From: Candidatus Hadarchaeales archaeon
GTDB lineage: Archaea > Hadarchaeota > Hadarchaeia > Hadarchaeales > Hadarchaeaceae
Direction: 5' to 3'
Length of the DNA: 32,000 bases
NCBI GenBank assembly: GCA_038823825.1
Contig: JAWBCC010000002.1
Location: 60,001-92,000, forward strand
Shown: in pieces, positions 1-9,911 of the stretch
Layout of the letters: every line of letters begins with the position of its first letter
Position numbering within the stretch: the first letter of the stretch is position 1
Position numbers and translations under genes: made by a program
Notes under the pieces: model-generated
Told to the model about the DNA's origin: nothing
The model's input: the letters and a program-made list of their open reading frames with translations, nothing else
Databases searched by the model: none

Positions 1-88
1 CAACCTCTTTCGCTATTTCGTTCAGAGTTATTCTCGAATTTTTTGCAAGCATTCTCAGAATTCTCAAATCTACACTGTCTAACGTCAT
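1..88 (-). CDS. N-terminal fragment of an Lrp/AsnC-type HTH regulator, truncated by the window edge
   Basis: Manual minus-strand translation from ATG at 88: MTLDSVDLRILRMLAKNSRITLNEIAKEV, the typical Lrp/AsnC 'D..IL..L..naR.t..eiA' helix. Not in the supplied ORF track. It lies 5 nt downstream of the gltX stop. Confidence 0.7.
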   Translation of the reverse strand, partial: MTLDSVDLRILRMLAKNSRITLNEIAKEV

Positions 89-93
89 CCAAA

Positions 94-1791
94 TCACCTG
101 TGAGTGAAAATAGCCAAGGGTCTCGGAGTGACTCTTTCTAGTCTTACGAATCCAAACCTCTCAAATTGAATTACCGCGCCAGGAGTAAGAGAAAGAACAG
201 ACGGTTCTACAAATCCCGTTAGAATAGAGCCGTCCGGCATCAGAACGTCTAGCTCGGGTGCCCCTGCCGGGACCCAGTGAATTTTTTGAATTTCCGCCAC
301 CTCCATTCCGGCAAAGTCTCCGACCAAACCCGATGGTTTCTTCTCGATCAATCGAACATTCATCAAATCCTTAAGTCTAAAAATCTCGCCTTCACGCATT
401 TTTTCCACGTCTTCTCCGCAAACGAAGAAAACCATTCCTTCTTCTTCAATTCTGAGAGGGATTACTCTTTCACCTGCCTCTTCCCTGCTTGGATGTAGCC
501 TGAGTCTTACTTCCCTTAGCTTCGGAGCTTCTCTAACAGTAAGCTTTACCGGATCATGGACAAAGAAGTATCTGTCGGAGATTTCGTCGACAAGCTTCCT
601 GTTCGCAGCATAAAGCGTCTCCCAGCTCAGCTGAGAGTCGACAAGGGTGAGTCCTACATCGAGAATTATCCTCTTTATCGCCTCAGGTAGGAAGCCTCTT
701 CTCCTAAGAGCCGCCAGTGTTGCCAGTCTCACATCATCATAACCCGAGAGTTTTCCTTCCCTAACTGCAAGAACGATTTGGGTTTTGCTCAACATCGTTC
801 CTGGCATATTCAGTCTTCCATATTGGACGGCGGTTGGATAGCTCCAGCCGAGGTGTTCGTAAAGAGTTCTCTGACATTGCTCGTTCACTTCATGCTCCTT
901 TCCGCGAAAGATATGTGTGATTCCCATCTCGTGATCGTCAATTGCAGCTGCAAAGTTGTAAAGCGGCCAAACCTTCCACTTTTCTCCAACCCTTGGATGA
1001 GGGATATCGACTATTCGGCATGCGGGCCAATCTCTCACAGCCGGATTTGGATGGGAAAGATCCGTTTTTATTCTGAGCACGGCGTCTCCTTCTTTTAGAT
1101 CGCCGGAAATCATCCTTTCCCAGAGCCTAAAGTTCCCCTCCGGACTTCGACCACGGCAGGAACATGCTCTCCCCGCATCTCTGAGTTTTTTGAAATCCTC
1201 CGGTCTGCACGTGCATACGTAGGCTTTTCCCTCTCCGATCAACTTCTCTGCGTAATCATAATACAGCGGAAGTCTATCGGACTGTATGTATTCTTCATCC
1301 CATCTCAGTCCGAGCCATCTCAAGTCATTCCTTATGAAATCGTACATATCGAGCTGAACTTTTTCAGGATTCGTGTCCTCAAACCTCAGTATGAATTTTC
1401 CATCATACTTCCTCGCATACTCGTAACTCAAAATGGCTGCTCGGGCATTTCCTAAGTGAAGAGGACCATTTGGATTGGGCGCAAACCTGGTTGTAACTTT
1501 GCCCTTCTCCGCCAAGGGTAACTCGGGAAGCTCCTTTTTCTTCTCCCTTTTCTCTTCTGGTGGTTTTATCTCGCCAAGCTTGCTCTTCTGTTCATCTAGA
1601 GAGAGAAAATTCACTTCCGTGACGACTTCCCTGACAACCTCTAATACTTCTCTCACTTTAGATTTCAGCTCCGGGAATTCCGCAAGTGCTTTTTTTATAA
1701 CTGCGGAAACGTCGGCTTTTCCACCATGTTCAACTGCGTTGAGCAGGGCGAGATTGAATATTTTGTCTCTAAGGTTTTCCATCTGCACCAT
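94..1791 (-). CDS. gltX: Glutamyl-tRNA synthetase, archaeal type
   Basis: 565 aa; class I HIGH-type motif in RFAPNPNGPLHLGNARAAI, MLSKTQI KMSKS-like motif, CTC...CSC metal-ligand-like cysteines. Confidence 0.95.
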   Translation of the reverse strand: MVQMENLRDKIFNLALLNAVEHGGKADVSAVIKKALAEFPELKSKVREVLEVVREVVTEVNFLSLDEQKSKLGEIKPPEEKREKKKELPELPLAEKGKVTTRFAPNPNGPLHLGNARAAILSYEYARKYDGKFILRFEDTNPEKVQLDMYDFIRNDLRWLGLRWDEEYIQSDRLPLYYDYAEKLIGEGKAYVCTCRPEDFKKLRDAGRACSCRGRSPEGNFRLWERMISGDLKEGDAVLRIKTDLSHPNPAVRDWPACRIVDIPHPRVGEKWKVWPLYNFAAAIDDHEMGITHIFRGKEHEVNEQCQRTLYEHLGWSYPTAVQYGRLNMPGTMLSKTQIVLAVREGKLSGYDDVRLATLAALRRRGFLPEAIKRIILDVGLTLVDSQLSWETLYAANRKLVDEISDRYFFVHDPVKLTVREAPKLREVRLRLHPSREEAGERVIPLRIEEEGMVFFVCGEDVEKMREGEIFRLKDLMNVRLIEKKPSGLVGDFAGMEVAEIQKIHWVPAGAPELDVLMPDGSILTGFVEPSVLSLTPGAVIQFERFGFVRLERVTPRPLAIFTHR

Positions 1792-1829
1792 AATGAATGA
1801 GTTTTCTTAAGGAAAAGACCTTTTTCTGC

Positions 1830-2828
1830 TCAGATCGAGCGTGTTATAACGAAATCTGCAAGTGCGAGCAACGTTTCTTTTGCCCGACTATCGCGGATGA
1901 CCGAGAGCTCCTTTTTAGCCTCATCGACAAGCTCAAGCGCGAGCTTCGATGAATATTCGATCGCTCCACATTCTTCGAGCAGATTGATCACTTTCTCTAA
2001 TTTTTTTCTCGAAATTTTTCCCTCGCCCAGAACCTCTTCAACCATCTTTTTCTTCTCTAGCGGCAGATGTCTGAGAGCATAAATAATCGGTAGAGTACGC
2101 TTTCCTTCCCTAATGTCGCTTCCTATCGGTTTCCCAAACTTTGATTCCTCACCGATTATCCCAAGAACATCATCTCTTATCTGAAACGCTATTCCAATTT
2201 TTCTGCCGAAAGTTGAGAGAGCGGAGATTTCTTTTTCTTTACCTCCTCCGATGATCGCCCCTATCTTCATTGAAGCATCCAACAGCGCTCCAGTCTTCCC
2301 AGAAACCATCTTGAGGTATTCCTCCTCTGAAACTCTATCTTTCTGAACCATCAACACATCCATCGCCTGTCCCCGACATATCTCGAAACTTGCAACACTT
2401 ATTGTTCGAAAGATTTCCACGGCTTTCTCCGCAGATAACCGCAATCTCCTGACGTTCTCCGAAAGAGCCTCAAAAACTTTCGCAAAGAGCGCATCTCCGG
2501 CAATGATTGCCATCGGAATTCCCCATAAAACGTGAACCGTTTTCACGCCTCTCCTCAGCTCATCTCTATCCATAACATCGTCGTGAATGAGCGTGAAAGT
2601 GTGAAGAATTTCGACCGCGGCCGCGGCCTCTAAAGCATCCTCCACTTTTCCGCCAACAGCCTCACAGGAGAGCAAGAGAAGACAAGGACGAAGCCTCTTT
2701 CCACCCGCCGAGAAAAGGTGACGCATCGAATTTCCCAGAGGCTCCGGCTTGATCGATCGCGGGGCCCATCTTTCGATTTCTCTCTCAACAAGCTCTATCT
2801 TTTCCTTTAGATTCTCCAAAACATCCAT
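1830..2828 (-). CDS. idsA: Polyprenyl (geranylgeranyl/farnesyl) diphosphate synthase
   Basis: 332 aa; GGKRLRP, first Asp-rich motif as LIHDDVMDRD, second as IRDDVLG, GKPIGSDIREGKRTLP. Confidence 0.92.
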   Translation of the reverse strand: MDVLENLKEKIELVEREIERWAPRSIKPEPLGNSMRHLFSAGGKRLRPCLLLLSCEAVGGKVEDALEAAAAVEILHTFTLIHDDVMDRDELRRGVKTVHVLWGIPMAIIAGDALFAKVFEALSENVRRLRLSAEKAVEIFRTISVASFEICRGQAMDVLMVQKDRVSEEEYLKMVSGKTGALLDASMKIGAIIGGGKEKEISALSTFGRKIGIAFQIRDDVLGIIGEESKFGKPIGSDIREGKRTLPIIYALRHLPLEKKKMVEEVLGEGKISRKKLEKVINLLEECGAIEYSSKLALELVDEAKKELSVIRDSRAKETLLALADFVITRSI

Positions 2829-2829
2829 C

Positions 2830-4176
2830 TCAATCGCCCAGCCTCAAAGTCATCCCATTCTTAAGAAGGTGCAAGAATCTAGAATCATAGCCGAGCTCCG
2901 AAGAGATGTCGATGACCGCCCGAAGCTTCTCAGGAGTTCCATGACATGGGATCACATGCTCTGGTTTTATCATATCTATGAAATCTTTTGTGTCTTCCCT
3001 TCTGGCGTGACCTGACACGTGCACATCTCTACGTATCCTCGCCCCTAGCGCTTCGAGCTTTGCTTCCAAGATTTCTCTGTTGGCCCGGTTTATCGGAGTT
3101 GGTATAACACTTGCAGAAAAAATCACATGATCTCCCTGCTCTACCCTCGGCGGCAACCTACCATCTGCGATTCTGGAAAGAACCGAGGTTGGCTCCCCCT
3201 GATGTCCCGTGCATATCACCACGTAGTCGCGCCTGTTGAATTCTATGTCGCGCAGCTCGCTCCTGACGGTGTTCGGCCTGCCGTATATCGTCAATTCTGG
3301 CGGAAATCTGACCAGACCGAGCTCCGTGGCTATGGAACAGTAGCTGTGCAGAGATCTTCCAACCATGACTGGGGTACGGCCAAGGTCGAAAGCTATGTCG
3401 ACGATCGATGATAGTCTTTCCATGTGGGAAGAAAAAGTTGTCACATATATCAAATGACTCGAATCGTTTACGTCTTCCATGACTTCCCTCAGCATTTCCT
3501 TTGCTTTACTTTCTGGCGGAGTTCGACCGGGTTCATCTGCTCTTACGGAGCCCACAAGACTAACAGAGACCCCATTAACATCAGAGCGTTCTATTAAATC
3601 GCGCTCTTTTCCTCCGTCGTCGAATTTGAAATCGCTTGCAAAGAGAACCGATTCACTTTTGCCCTCCAATTTTATGGCCACAGTCTGAGGTATGCTGTGT
3701 TTCACCGGGATGAACCTCACCGCTAAATTTCCTAGACGAATGATAGAGTCCGGAGGAACTGCCCGCAACATCCTTTCAGAAGTCTTATGAACACCTTCTT
3801 CCTTCATCAGACGCTTTACAATTCCAACCGTGTATGGTGTTCCGAAGACTGGTACGGAATAGCTAGAGATCATCTTGCTAAGAGCACCGACGTGGTCAAG
3901 ATGTCCGTGCGTTAAAAGAACAGCAAGAAATCTTTTTCCACGGATTATAGAATCGTCTGGAATCGCATTCATCCTGACAAGCTCGTCTCTGCTCGCTTCT
4001 GAAAGTTCAAACTCGTCAAAAGAAAGAATGCTCTCGAGATTTATTCCCATGTCTATTATCACATATTCTCCGTCGATTCCTACAGCGGTCATGTTTTTTC
4101 CAACCTCGTTCATTCCGCCCACGGGTGTTATTTCTATCATCCTTTTCCCCACCTTACTCCTAGAGCTTCCAGCCAC
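2830..4176 (-). CDS. rnj: Beta-CASP metallo-beta-lactamase ribonuclease, RNase J family
   Basis: 448 aa; LLTHGHLDHVGAL motif, FASDFKFD, CTGHQGEPTSVLSR, HVSGHA, IPCHGTPEK. Confidence 0.9.
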   Translation of the reverse strand: MAGSSRSKVGKRMIEITPVGGMNEVGKNMTAVGIDGEYVIIDMGINLESILSFDEFELSEASRDELVRMNAIPDDSIIRGKRFLAVLLTHGHLDHVGALSKMISSYSVPVFGTPYTVGIVKRLMKEEGVHKTSERMLRAVPPDSIIRLGNLAVRFIPVKHSIPQTVAIKLEGKSESVLFASDFKFDDGGKERDLIERSDVNGVSVSLVGSVRADEPGRTPPESKAKEMLREVMEDVNDSSHLIYVTTFSSHMERLSSIVDIAFDLGRTPVMVGRSLHSYCSIATELGLVRFPPELTIYGRPNTVRSELRDIEFNRRDYVVICTGHQGEPTSVLSRIADGRLPPRVEQGDHVIFSASVIPTPINRANREILEAKLEALGARIRRDVHVSGHARREDTKDFIDMIKPEHVIPCHGTPEKLRAVIDISSELGYDSRFLHLLKNGMTLRLGD

Positions 4177-5189
4177 TCTCTCGTTCTTCCCATAACGATT
4201 ATCTTACCTTTCCTCAATTCTTCCAATTTCCGCGCGCCCGTCAAAAACATCGCCACCCTGAGCTCTTGAATGAACCTCTGGAGATATCTCTTGACCGCTC
4301 TTTCACCTCTTTTTGAAGCTCGCAAAACGGGGAGAGCTAGACCGACTAAACTCGCTCCGAGAGCAATCGCTTTCGCAGCATCAATTCCCGATCTTATCCC
4401 CCCGCTCGATATGACCGGAATTTTCACTCTCCTCGAGACCTCTGCTGTGCATACCGCCGTCGGAATTCCCCAATCCCAGAAAGTCAGACAAATCGGGTTT
4501 CTTTTTCTGTAAAATTCCACGGCAGACCAAGAGGTTCCTCCGGCCCCGCTCACATCTATTGCTGAGGCTCCAGCCTTTTCTATCTCGATGGCGATGGCAC
4601 CCGAAATCCCGGCTCCTGTTTCTTTGACTATCACGGGAAAATCAACCCCTCTACAAATTGTGGATATCGTGGAAAGTCCGCGGGAGTAGGCCGGCTCCCC
4701 CTCCAGCTGTACCGCTTCCTGAAGTGTGTTGAGATGGATGGAAAGAGCATCGGCGTCAATCATCTCAACGGCTTTCACAGCTAGCTGCGGACCACCCTTG
4801 GTTAACTGCTGAAGTCCTATATTCGCAACCAGAAAAACATGCGGAGCCACATCCCTAACCTGATAGGTTTTAACCATTGAAGAGTTTTCGAATGCTGATC
4901 TGAGACTCCCCACGGCAAAAACGAGACCCATTTCTTCGGCAACACTCGCAAGCATTCTGTTTATCTTTAGAGAGGCCGGATGTCCACCGGTCATCGGAAG
5001 TATCATCACTGGGGCTTTCAAGTCAAACCCCAGAAATCTCGTGGATACATCTACATCCTTCAGGTCCATCTCTGGTAAAGCTCTATGAAGAAGCTCGATA
5101 TCCTCAAAGCCTGAGGTTTTCAGTAATCCTTCCACATCTTCATTCATGCATATCCGGAGGTGCTCCTCTTTTCTGGATTTCGTGCTCAT
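4137..5189 (-). CDS. fni: Type 2 isopentenyl-diphosphate delta-isomerase
   Basis: 350 aa; MILPMTGG, LQLEGEPAYSRG, VIVKETGAGIS, ISSGGIRSGIDAAKAIALGA. Overlaps the 5' end of the RNase J ORF by 40 nt as listed; one of the starts is probably internal. Confidence 0.92.
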   Translation of the reverse strand: MSTKSRKEEHLRICMNEDVEGLLKTSGFEDIELLHRALPEMDLKDVDVSTRFLGFDLKAPVMILPMTGGHPASLKINRMLASVAEEMGLVFAVGSLRSAFENSSMVKTYQVRDVAPHVFLVANIGLQQLTKGGPQLAVKAVEMIDADALSIHLNTLQEAVQLEGEPAYSRGLSTISTICRGVDFPVIVKETGAGISGAIAIEIEKAGASAIDVSGAGGTSWSAVEFYRKRNPICLTFWDWGIPTAVCTAEVSRRVKIPVISSGGIRSGIDAAKAIALGASLVGLALPVLRASKRGERAVKRYLQRFIQELRVAMFLTGARKLEELRKGKIIVMGRTREWLEALGVRWGKG

Positions 5190-5965
5190 CTCGCCTTCAC
5201 CACTGTACCAAGATTTGTTTCTCCCTTTATTGCCCTTGCCAAAATTCCGGGTTTCATGGCATTGACGATCTGAACATTTATTCCTTTCTTAGCAGGTAAG
5301 AAAAGCTCTGAAACTTTTGCGTACATCCCACCTGTTACGTCTGTTGAACTTTCGCCAAAACTCATTCTTTTCAAATCTGCCGGCGCGATTTCTTTCAGAA
5401 GCTCTGCGCTTTTGCTGATTTTTGGATTGGCGGTGTAAACACCATCGACGTCCACACCGACTACTACCCTCTTCGCCTTCAAAGAAATCGCCAAGAATGA
5501 AACGATTTGGTCTCCCGAAAGTATGGTGAAACCCCTTCTCTCATCCGGCACCACATCTCCAAAAAGAACGGGAAGCAAACCTAGAGAAAGCATGTTCCTG
5601 AGAGGTCTTAGTTCCGCCTCGACGATTCTGCCGTCACTGACCACCATGCAGGCTGATGGTTGAACCGGAACAGCTGGGATACCTTTAAACGCGAATGTCT
5701 TCACAATCTCTTGATTTAGCTTTACCATTGCGAGATGGGTGAGCACAAAACCTTTGAGCTGCCTCTCATTTTTGAACCCCTCAGTCAGACCATACTCTTT
5801 GGCAACCGGATGACCGAAAGATCCGCCACCGTGAACAACTATGAGCTCCTCTCCACATTCAGCTATTTCGTCGGCAATTCTTTCCAAGATTCTCCTTCTC
5901 ACTCTAAATTTTCGAGACTTGTCCGTTATGACGCTACCGCCAAGCTTTACGATAACCGGACGCAT
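5186..5965 (-). CDS. ipk: Isopentenyl phosphate kinase (amino acid kinase family)
   Basis: 259 aa; VKLGGSVITDKS, VHGGGSFGHPVAKEYG, ILSGDQIV, DVTGGMYAKVSEL. Confidence 0.92.
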   Translation of the reverse strand: MRPVIVKLGGSVITDKSRKFRVRRRILERIADEIAECGEELIVVHGGGSFGHPVAKEYGLTEGFKNERQLKGFVLTHLAMVKLNQEIVKTFAFKGIPAVPVQPSACMVVSDGRIVEAELRPLRNMLSLGLLPVLFGDVVPDERRGFTILSGDQIVSFLAISLKAKRVVVGVDVDGVYTANPKISKSAELLKEIAPADLKRMSFGESSTDVTGGMYAKVSELFLPAKKGINVQIVNAMKPGILARAIKGETNLGTVVKAR

Positions 5966-5969
5966 TCGA

Positions 5970-6809
5970 TCACCTCAAAATCGCTATGGAGGCATAACCG
6001 ACGACTTCAGCCATCCAACCGGCCACATCTCCACTTGTCGCGTACTTGAGTAGCTCCGCATTTTTCGCTCCCATCTTCTCACATGCGACCAGCATGGCGG
6101 CAACCGGGCCGCTCCCGCACATGGTTATGTTATTCTCCTCAACACACTTTAGAAGACCTCTCGCATCCAATTTGAGAATTCTCTCGATAGCCATTCTATC
6201 TTTCCTCACGGCAGACTCCTGAGACTCGTAATGAGTGAAATCTGTGGAAGCAATCACCACAACATCTGAGCCTGAGCAGGCTTTGGCGATTGCTTCTCCA
6301 ACCTCGAGACTCGTTCGCTCGTCTTGAAACATCATGCATATTGGAACGAACTTGATCTGGCTTCCGAAGATATGTTGTATGAAGGGTAACTGTACTTCTA
6401 TAGAATGTTCATAAATGTGCGCTTCCTCGTCGACATCGATTATATCTGACTCCTTCGCTATTCTGCTTGCGAGCTTTTCATCAATTCCAATTCTTCCCAG
6501 CGGGGTTTCCCACTCACCAGATGTCACAATTGAAACTCCGCTTCCCATTCCAGTATGGTTTGGTCCGATTATCACAAAGCTCTCTGGAGTGCCCTCAGAG
6601 GCTAACCTAAAAAATCCATGAGCGGCAATCGGTCCAGAATACATGTAGCCCGCGTGTGGAGAAACCAGACCTACAATTTTCCTTTTTTCTTTTTTCAGAC
6701 TCGGGAGCTTGCCGGGGCCCAAGCGGTGCAGATAGCAATCTTCTATTTGTTTAATTAGGGCCTTCTGGGAACCCGCATAAAACTGACCAGCAACCGCCGG
6801 ATGTCTCAC
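5970..6809 (-). CDS. MEMO1 family protein
   Basis: 279 aa; MRHPAVAGQFYAG, GLVSPHAGYMYSG, IIGPNHTGMGSG, HSIEVQLPFIQ, STDFTHYE. Confidence 0.93.
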   Translation of the reverse strand: MRHPAVAGQFYAGSQKALIKQIEDCYLHRLGPGKLPSLKKEKRKIVGLVSPHAGYMYSGPIAAHGFFRLASEGTPESFVIIGPNHTGMGSGVSIVTSGEWETPLGRIGIDEKLASRIAKESDIIDVDEEAHIYEHSIEVQLPFIQHIFGSQIKFVPICMMFQDERTSLEVGEAIAKACSGSDVVVIASTDFTHYESQESAVRKDRMAIERILKLDARGLLKCVEENNITMCGSGPVAAMLVACEKMGAKNAELLKYATSGDVAGWMAEVVGYASIAILR

Positions 6810-7426
6810 TTCTTCTCACCAATCTTGGGCTCGAAATCCTCGACTTTTATGGTGAACGGTTTATCCTTAGTGACATCACCTCTTTCGATCAGAAACTGTC
6901 TTGCTAGCAACAAATATACCAGTGCGAGAGATTTTCGGCTCTTGTTGTTTGCCGGAATTATCAAATCAATATCCGAAGTTTCGTTGTCAGAATCACATAT
7001 TCCAACTGTTGGGATCATTATCTCGGCAGCTTCTCTAAGGGGCTGCTCGTCTGCGAGGGGATCCGTTATAACTAACACTTCGGGCTCTATGAAGAACTTC
7101 AAGCTCGGATTCGTGAAAGTTCCTGGGATGAATCTTCCGACGATAGTTCTGGCGCCAGTCACCTCCCCAAATTTCATCACAGGATATTGACCATACTGCC
7201 TGGCCGAAACCACAACGATGTCCTTTGGCTCATATCTCGCCAAGAATCGCGAAGCGATCGCTATTCTTTCATCGGTTTTTTCAATATCCAGTATGTTCAC
7301 GCCTTGCTTTACTTTATAAATGAACTTCTTCATGCTTCCCGTCCTATGTCTGGTTCCTATGTGTACGCCGTGCGACACATAGGTTTCCATGCTCGCCAGC
7401 GCAAAGTTCGTGAGTTTTTGAGCCAT
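6806..7426 (-). CDS. rpsB: 30S ribosomal protein S2 (uS2), archaeal type
   Basis: 206 aa; VHIGTRHRTGSMKKFIYKVKQGVNILDIEKTDERI, GRFIPGTFTNP, VLVITDPLADEQPLREA. Confidence 0.95.
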   Translation of the reverse strand: MAQKLTNFALASMETYVSHGVHIGTRHRTGSMKKFIYKVKQGVNILDIEKTDERIAIASRFLARYEPKDIVVVSARQYGQYPVMKFGEVTGARTIVGRFIPGTFTNPSLKFFIEPEVLVITDPLADEQPLREAAEIMIPTVGICDSDNETSDIDLIIPANNKSRKSLALVYLLLARQFLIERGDVTKDKPFTIKVEDFEPKIGEKK

Positions 7427-7470
7427 TCCAAATCCCTTTTAAAATACACGCTTGTAACAAATAAATTAGC

Positions 7471-8748
7471 TTATTTTATGGGAAGACTCGCCATTTTCGC
7501 CTTCCCACCAATCATTTCCCATATTCTTATTAGTTCATTGAGTTTTGCTATTCTCTCTCCACCGACCACACCTGTTTTTATCATCGGACAACCCCAAGCA
7601 ACGGCTAGATGAGCAATCGTCTCATCCGTCGTCTCTCCGGATCTATGCGAGATGACAGGTACACAACCGTGTGATTTCGTGAGCTTTACTGCTTCAAGGG
7701 TGTCAGAAAGAGTTCCTATCTGGTTTGGTTTTATCAGGACAGCGTTCACGGATTTCTTCTCCAGTCCGATCTTTATTCTTGAAACATTTGTGACGAGCAG
7801 ATCATCTCCGCAAACGATGCATTTATCTCCAATTTTTCTCGTGAGCTCAGCAAAACCGTCAAAATCTTCCTCGTGCAGGGGGTCCTCCACGTAAACGAGT
7901 TTGAATGTTTTCACTAAATCCACTATGAAATCTATCTGCTCTCCGCCCGTCTTCTCTACCCCTTCCCGTTTGTAAATATACTTGTCGGATTTCTCATCGT
8001 AAAAGCTGCTTGCCGCGACGTCTAAACCCGGTCGCACCGTGACCCCGGTCTCTGTGGAAATTTCTTCGCAAGCCCTCGAAACGATTTCTAGGGCCTCTCT
8101 GTTACCGAGATTAGGAGCCCAAGCACCCTCATCCCCTTTTCCACCGGTGAACGTTGGATCCACTTGCTCTATCAGCTTCCGGACGCGCTTATGAACGGAA
8201 GAATTCGTAAAAATTGCCTCCGAAACTGTTTTTGCCCCCACTGAAACCACAAGAAACTCTTGAATGTCTGGGGCTTTCTTTCCAGCATGTTTGCCTCCTC
8301 CCAAAACATTCCCTAGCGGAAATGGGAATTCTCTCGCCTTTTGATTCAAACTTTTGAATAGAGGAATACCTTTGGCTGCTGCCAGAGCCTTCGCCACAGC
8401 CATCGATATAGCAACCGCCGTGTTTCCGCCTATTGAAGAGAAATTCTGTGTCCCATCGATTTCGTGAAGAAGGGTGTCCACGGAAGAGATGTCCAGCTTT
8501 TTGAGTTTTTTCATTTCCCTTTCAATTTTTGAAATCTTTTTTATGGCAGCATCAACCCCTCCTTCCGGGAAGTCTACTACCTCATATTTCCCACGGCTGG
8601 CACCGCTTGGGGCCGCTGCCCTTCCAAGAAACTTTTTACCTGCGCTGGAAACTAAGACTTCCACCTCGATCGTCGGGTTCCCGCGACTGTCCGAAATCTT
8701 TCTCGCATTTAGGGATAACAGCTTCATCTGAAAATGATGAATATCCAA
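7471..8748 (-). CDS. eno: Enolase
   Basis: 425 aa from the TTG start; the likelier start is the ATG at 8727 (MKLLSLNARKISDSRGNPTIEVEV). Contains GASRGKYE, GDEGAWAP, VEDPLHEEDFDGF, LIKPNQIGTLSDTLEA, SHRSGETTD. Confidence 0.95.
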   Translation of the reverse strand: MDIHHFQMKLLSLNARKISDSRGNPTIEVEVLVSSAGKKFLGRAAAPSGASRGKYEVVDFPEGGVDAAIKKISKIEREMKKLKKLDISSVDTLLHEIDGTQNFSSIGGNTAVAISMAVAKALAAAKGIPLFKSLNQKAREFPFPLGNVLGGGKHAGKKAPDIQEFLVVSVGAKTVSEAIFTNSSVHKRVRKLIEQVDPTFTGGKGDEGAWAPNLGNREALEIVSRACEEISTETGVTVRPGLDVAASSFYDEKSDKYIYKREGVEKTGGEQIDFIVDLVKTFKLVYVEDPLHEEDFDGFAELTRKIGDKCIVCGDDLLVTNVSRIKIGLEKKSVNAVLIKPNQIGTLSDTLEAVKLTKSHGCVPVISHRSGETTDETIAHLAVAWGCPMIKTGVVGGERIAKLNELIRIWEMIGGKAKMASLPIK

Positions 8749-8770
8749 TCTTTTAAAGATAGCGGATTAC

Positions 8771-9847
8771 TCAACGTTTTTTAAGAATGATTGCGACGGC
8801 TGCCAAAACCACAACGATGATCGCTGCGGCAACACCAATCATTATCACGTTCGGCTTCGGTTTTGATGGAACATATGAAATGCTTGCCTGACTCTGACCG
8901 CCCAACATGGAAAGAAGAGCATTTTGCGCTGCCGAACCGGACCATTCAAACGTGTTACCATCGCTTGTTGTATAGCCGGATGGTAAACTTTCAACAGACG
9001 CTCCTTCCGGTACTTTGAGTTTGAGGGAGATGTCCGCCGAAGATAGGACATTCTCGAGAGTTTCCAATATTATGGCATATTCGGGCGGTAGGGCGAACGA
9101 CCAGCTGACCTTATCCGCTTCTATCGGCAAGTCAAAAATCGCCGAAAGCGAGAATTCAAGCTTTCCAGTAGATGGACGCCCTTTAAATGTCACATTCACG
9201 TTTCCATCCTCCCCGCTTACGCTTACGTTTATCTCGATCAAAGATTCGCTTATCTCAAGCTGAATTTTCATCTCAAGAGGAAGTCCTTCCCGAACATTCT
9301 CGGGAATTGATCCAGAAAATTCGGCCACGAAATCTGCTCCCATTTTCTTACCGCTGACGGAGAACCTCGTACACTCAAGTTTGGTTATCGTAATCTCGTA
9401 GACCTCCGGGGGGTACTCAGCATAGGGAATTTCTAGTTCGGACTGACTCAGGAGTTCTCCAAGCGATTTTCCAACGATTCCGCTGAGAACGATGAGTGCG
9501 TTTATGCTCTCTTTGGAAAGTCCAGCGACTTCGCTCGGAAGCTCCGTGAAGTCTATAGAAGCAGAAATGTTCGCGCGAAGGACAGAAGGAGATGGCGACG
9601 ATAGCTTCAAGCCAATATCGGCCTTACTAATTGGAACATCAGTTGGTATTTCTGATGGTTCCGTAAATGCTGAACCGGTGATTTCCAGCTTACAGCGCCC
9701 ATCTGTCGTTAATTCGACATTTATATTGGCACTAACATTTCTAAGTTCTGAAAATGGTCCGAGATCCTGAGCAGAAGCCAAAGTAACAGATAACATCAGT
9801 AAAACAGAGAGAATGATTATTGCCGGCGGTTTACTATGTAACATCAA
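8771..9847 (-). CDS. Secreted, C-terminally membrane-anchored protein of unknown function
   Basis: 358 aa; N-terminal hydrophobic signal-like segment (IIILSVLLMLSVTLASAQ), C-terminal helix PNVIMIGVAAAIIVVVLAAVAIILKKR. Likely ATG at 9844. Confidence 0.7.
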   Translation of the reverse strand: MMLHSKPPAIIILSVLLMLSVTLASAQDLGPFSELRNVSANINVELTTDGRCKLEITGSAFTEPSEIPTDVPISKADIGLKLSSPSPSVLRANISASIDFTELPSEVAGLSKESINALIVLSGIVGKSLGELLSQSELEIPYAEYPPEVYEITITKLECTRFSVSGKKMGADFVAEFSGSIPENVREGLPLEMKIQLEISESLIEINVSVSGEDGNVNVTFKGRPSTGKLEFSLSAIFDLPIEADKVSWSFALPPEYAIILETLENVLSSADISLKLKVPEGASVESLPSGYTTSDGNTFEWSGSAAQNALLSMLGGQSQASISYVPSKPKPNVIMIGVAAAIIVVVLAAVAIILKKR

Positions 9848-9857
9848 ATCATTCCTA

Positions 9858-9872
9858 ATCTATGCCTAGTAT
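9858..9872 (-). promoter_or_regulatory. Start-proximal part of the promoter region of the anchored surface protein gene; adjacent TATA-like element at about 9869-9877
   Basis: Minus strand reads GGTATTTATACTAGGCATAG about 25-35 nt upstream of the ATG at 9844. Confidence 0.35.
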
Positions 9873-9911
9873 AAATACCATAGTTCCTCCCGGTTTTCTG
9901 CCCAAAACTGG

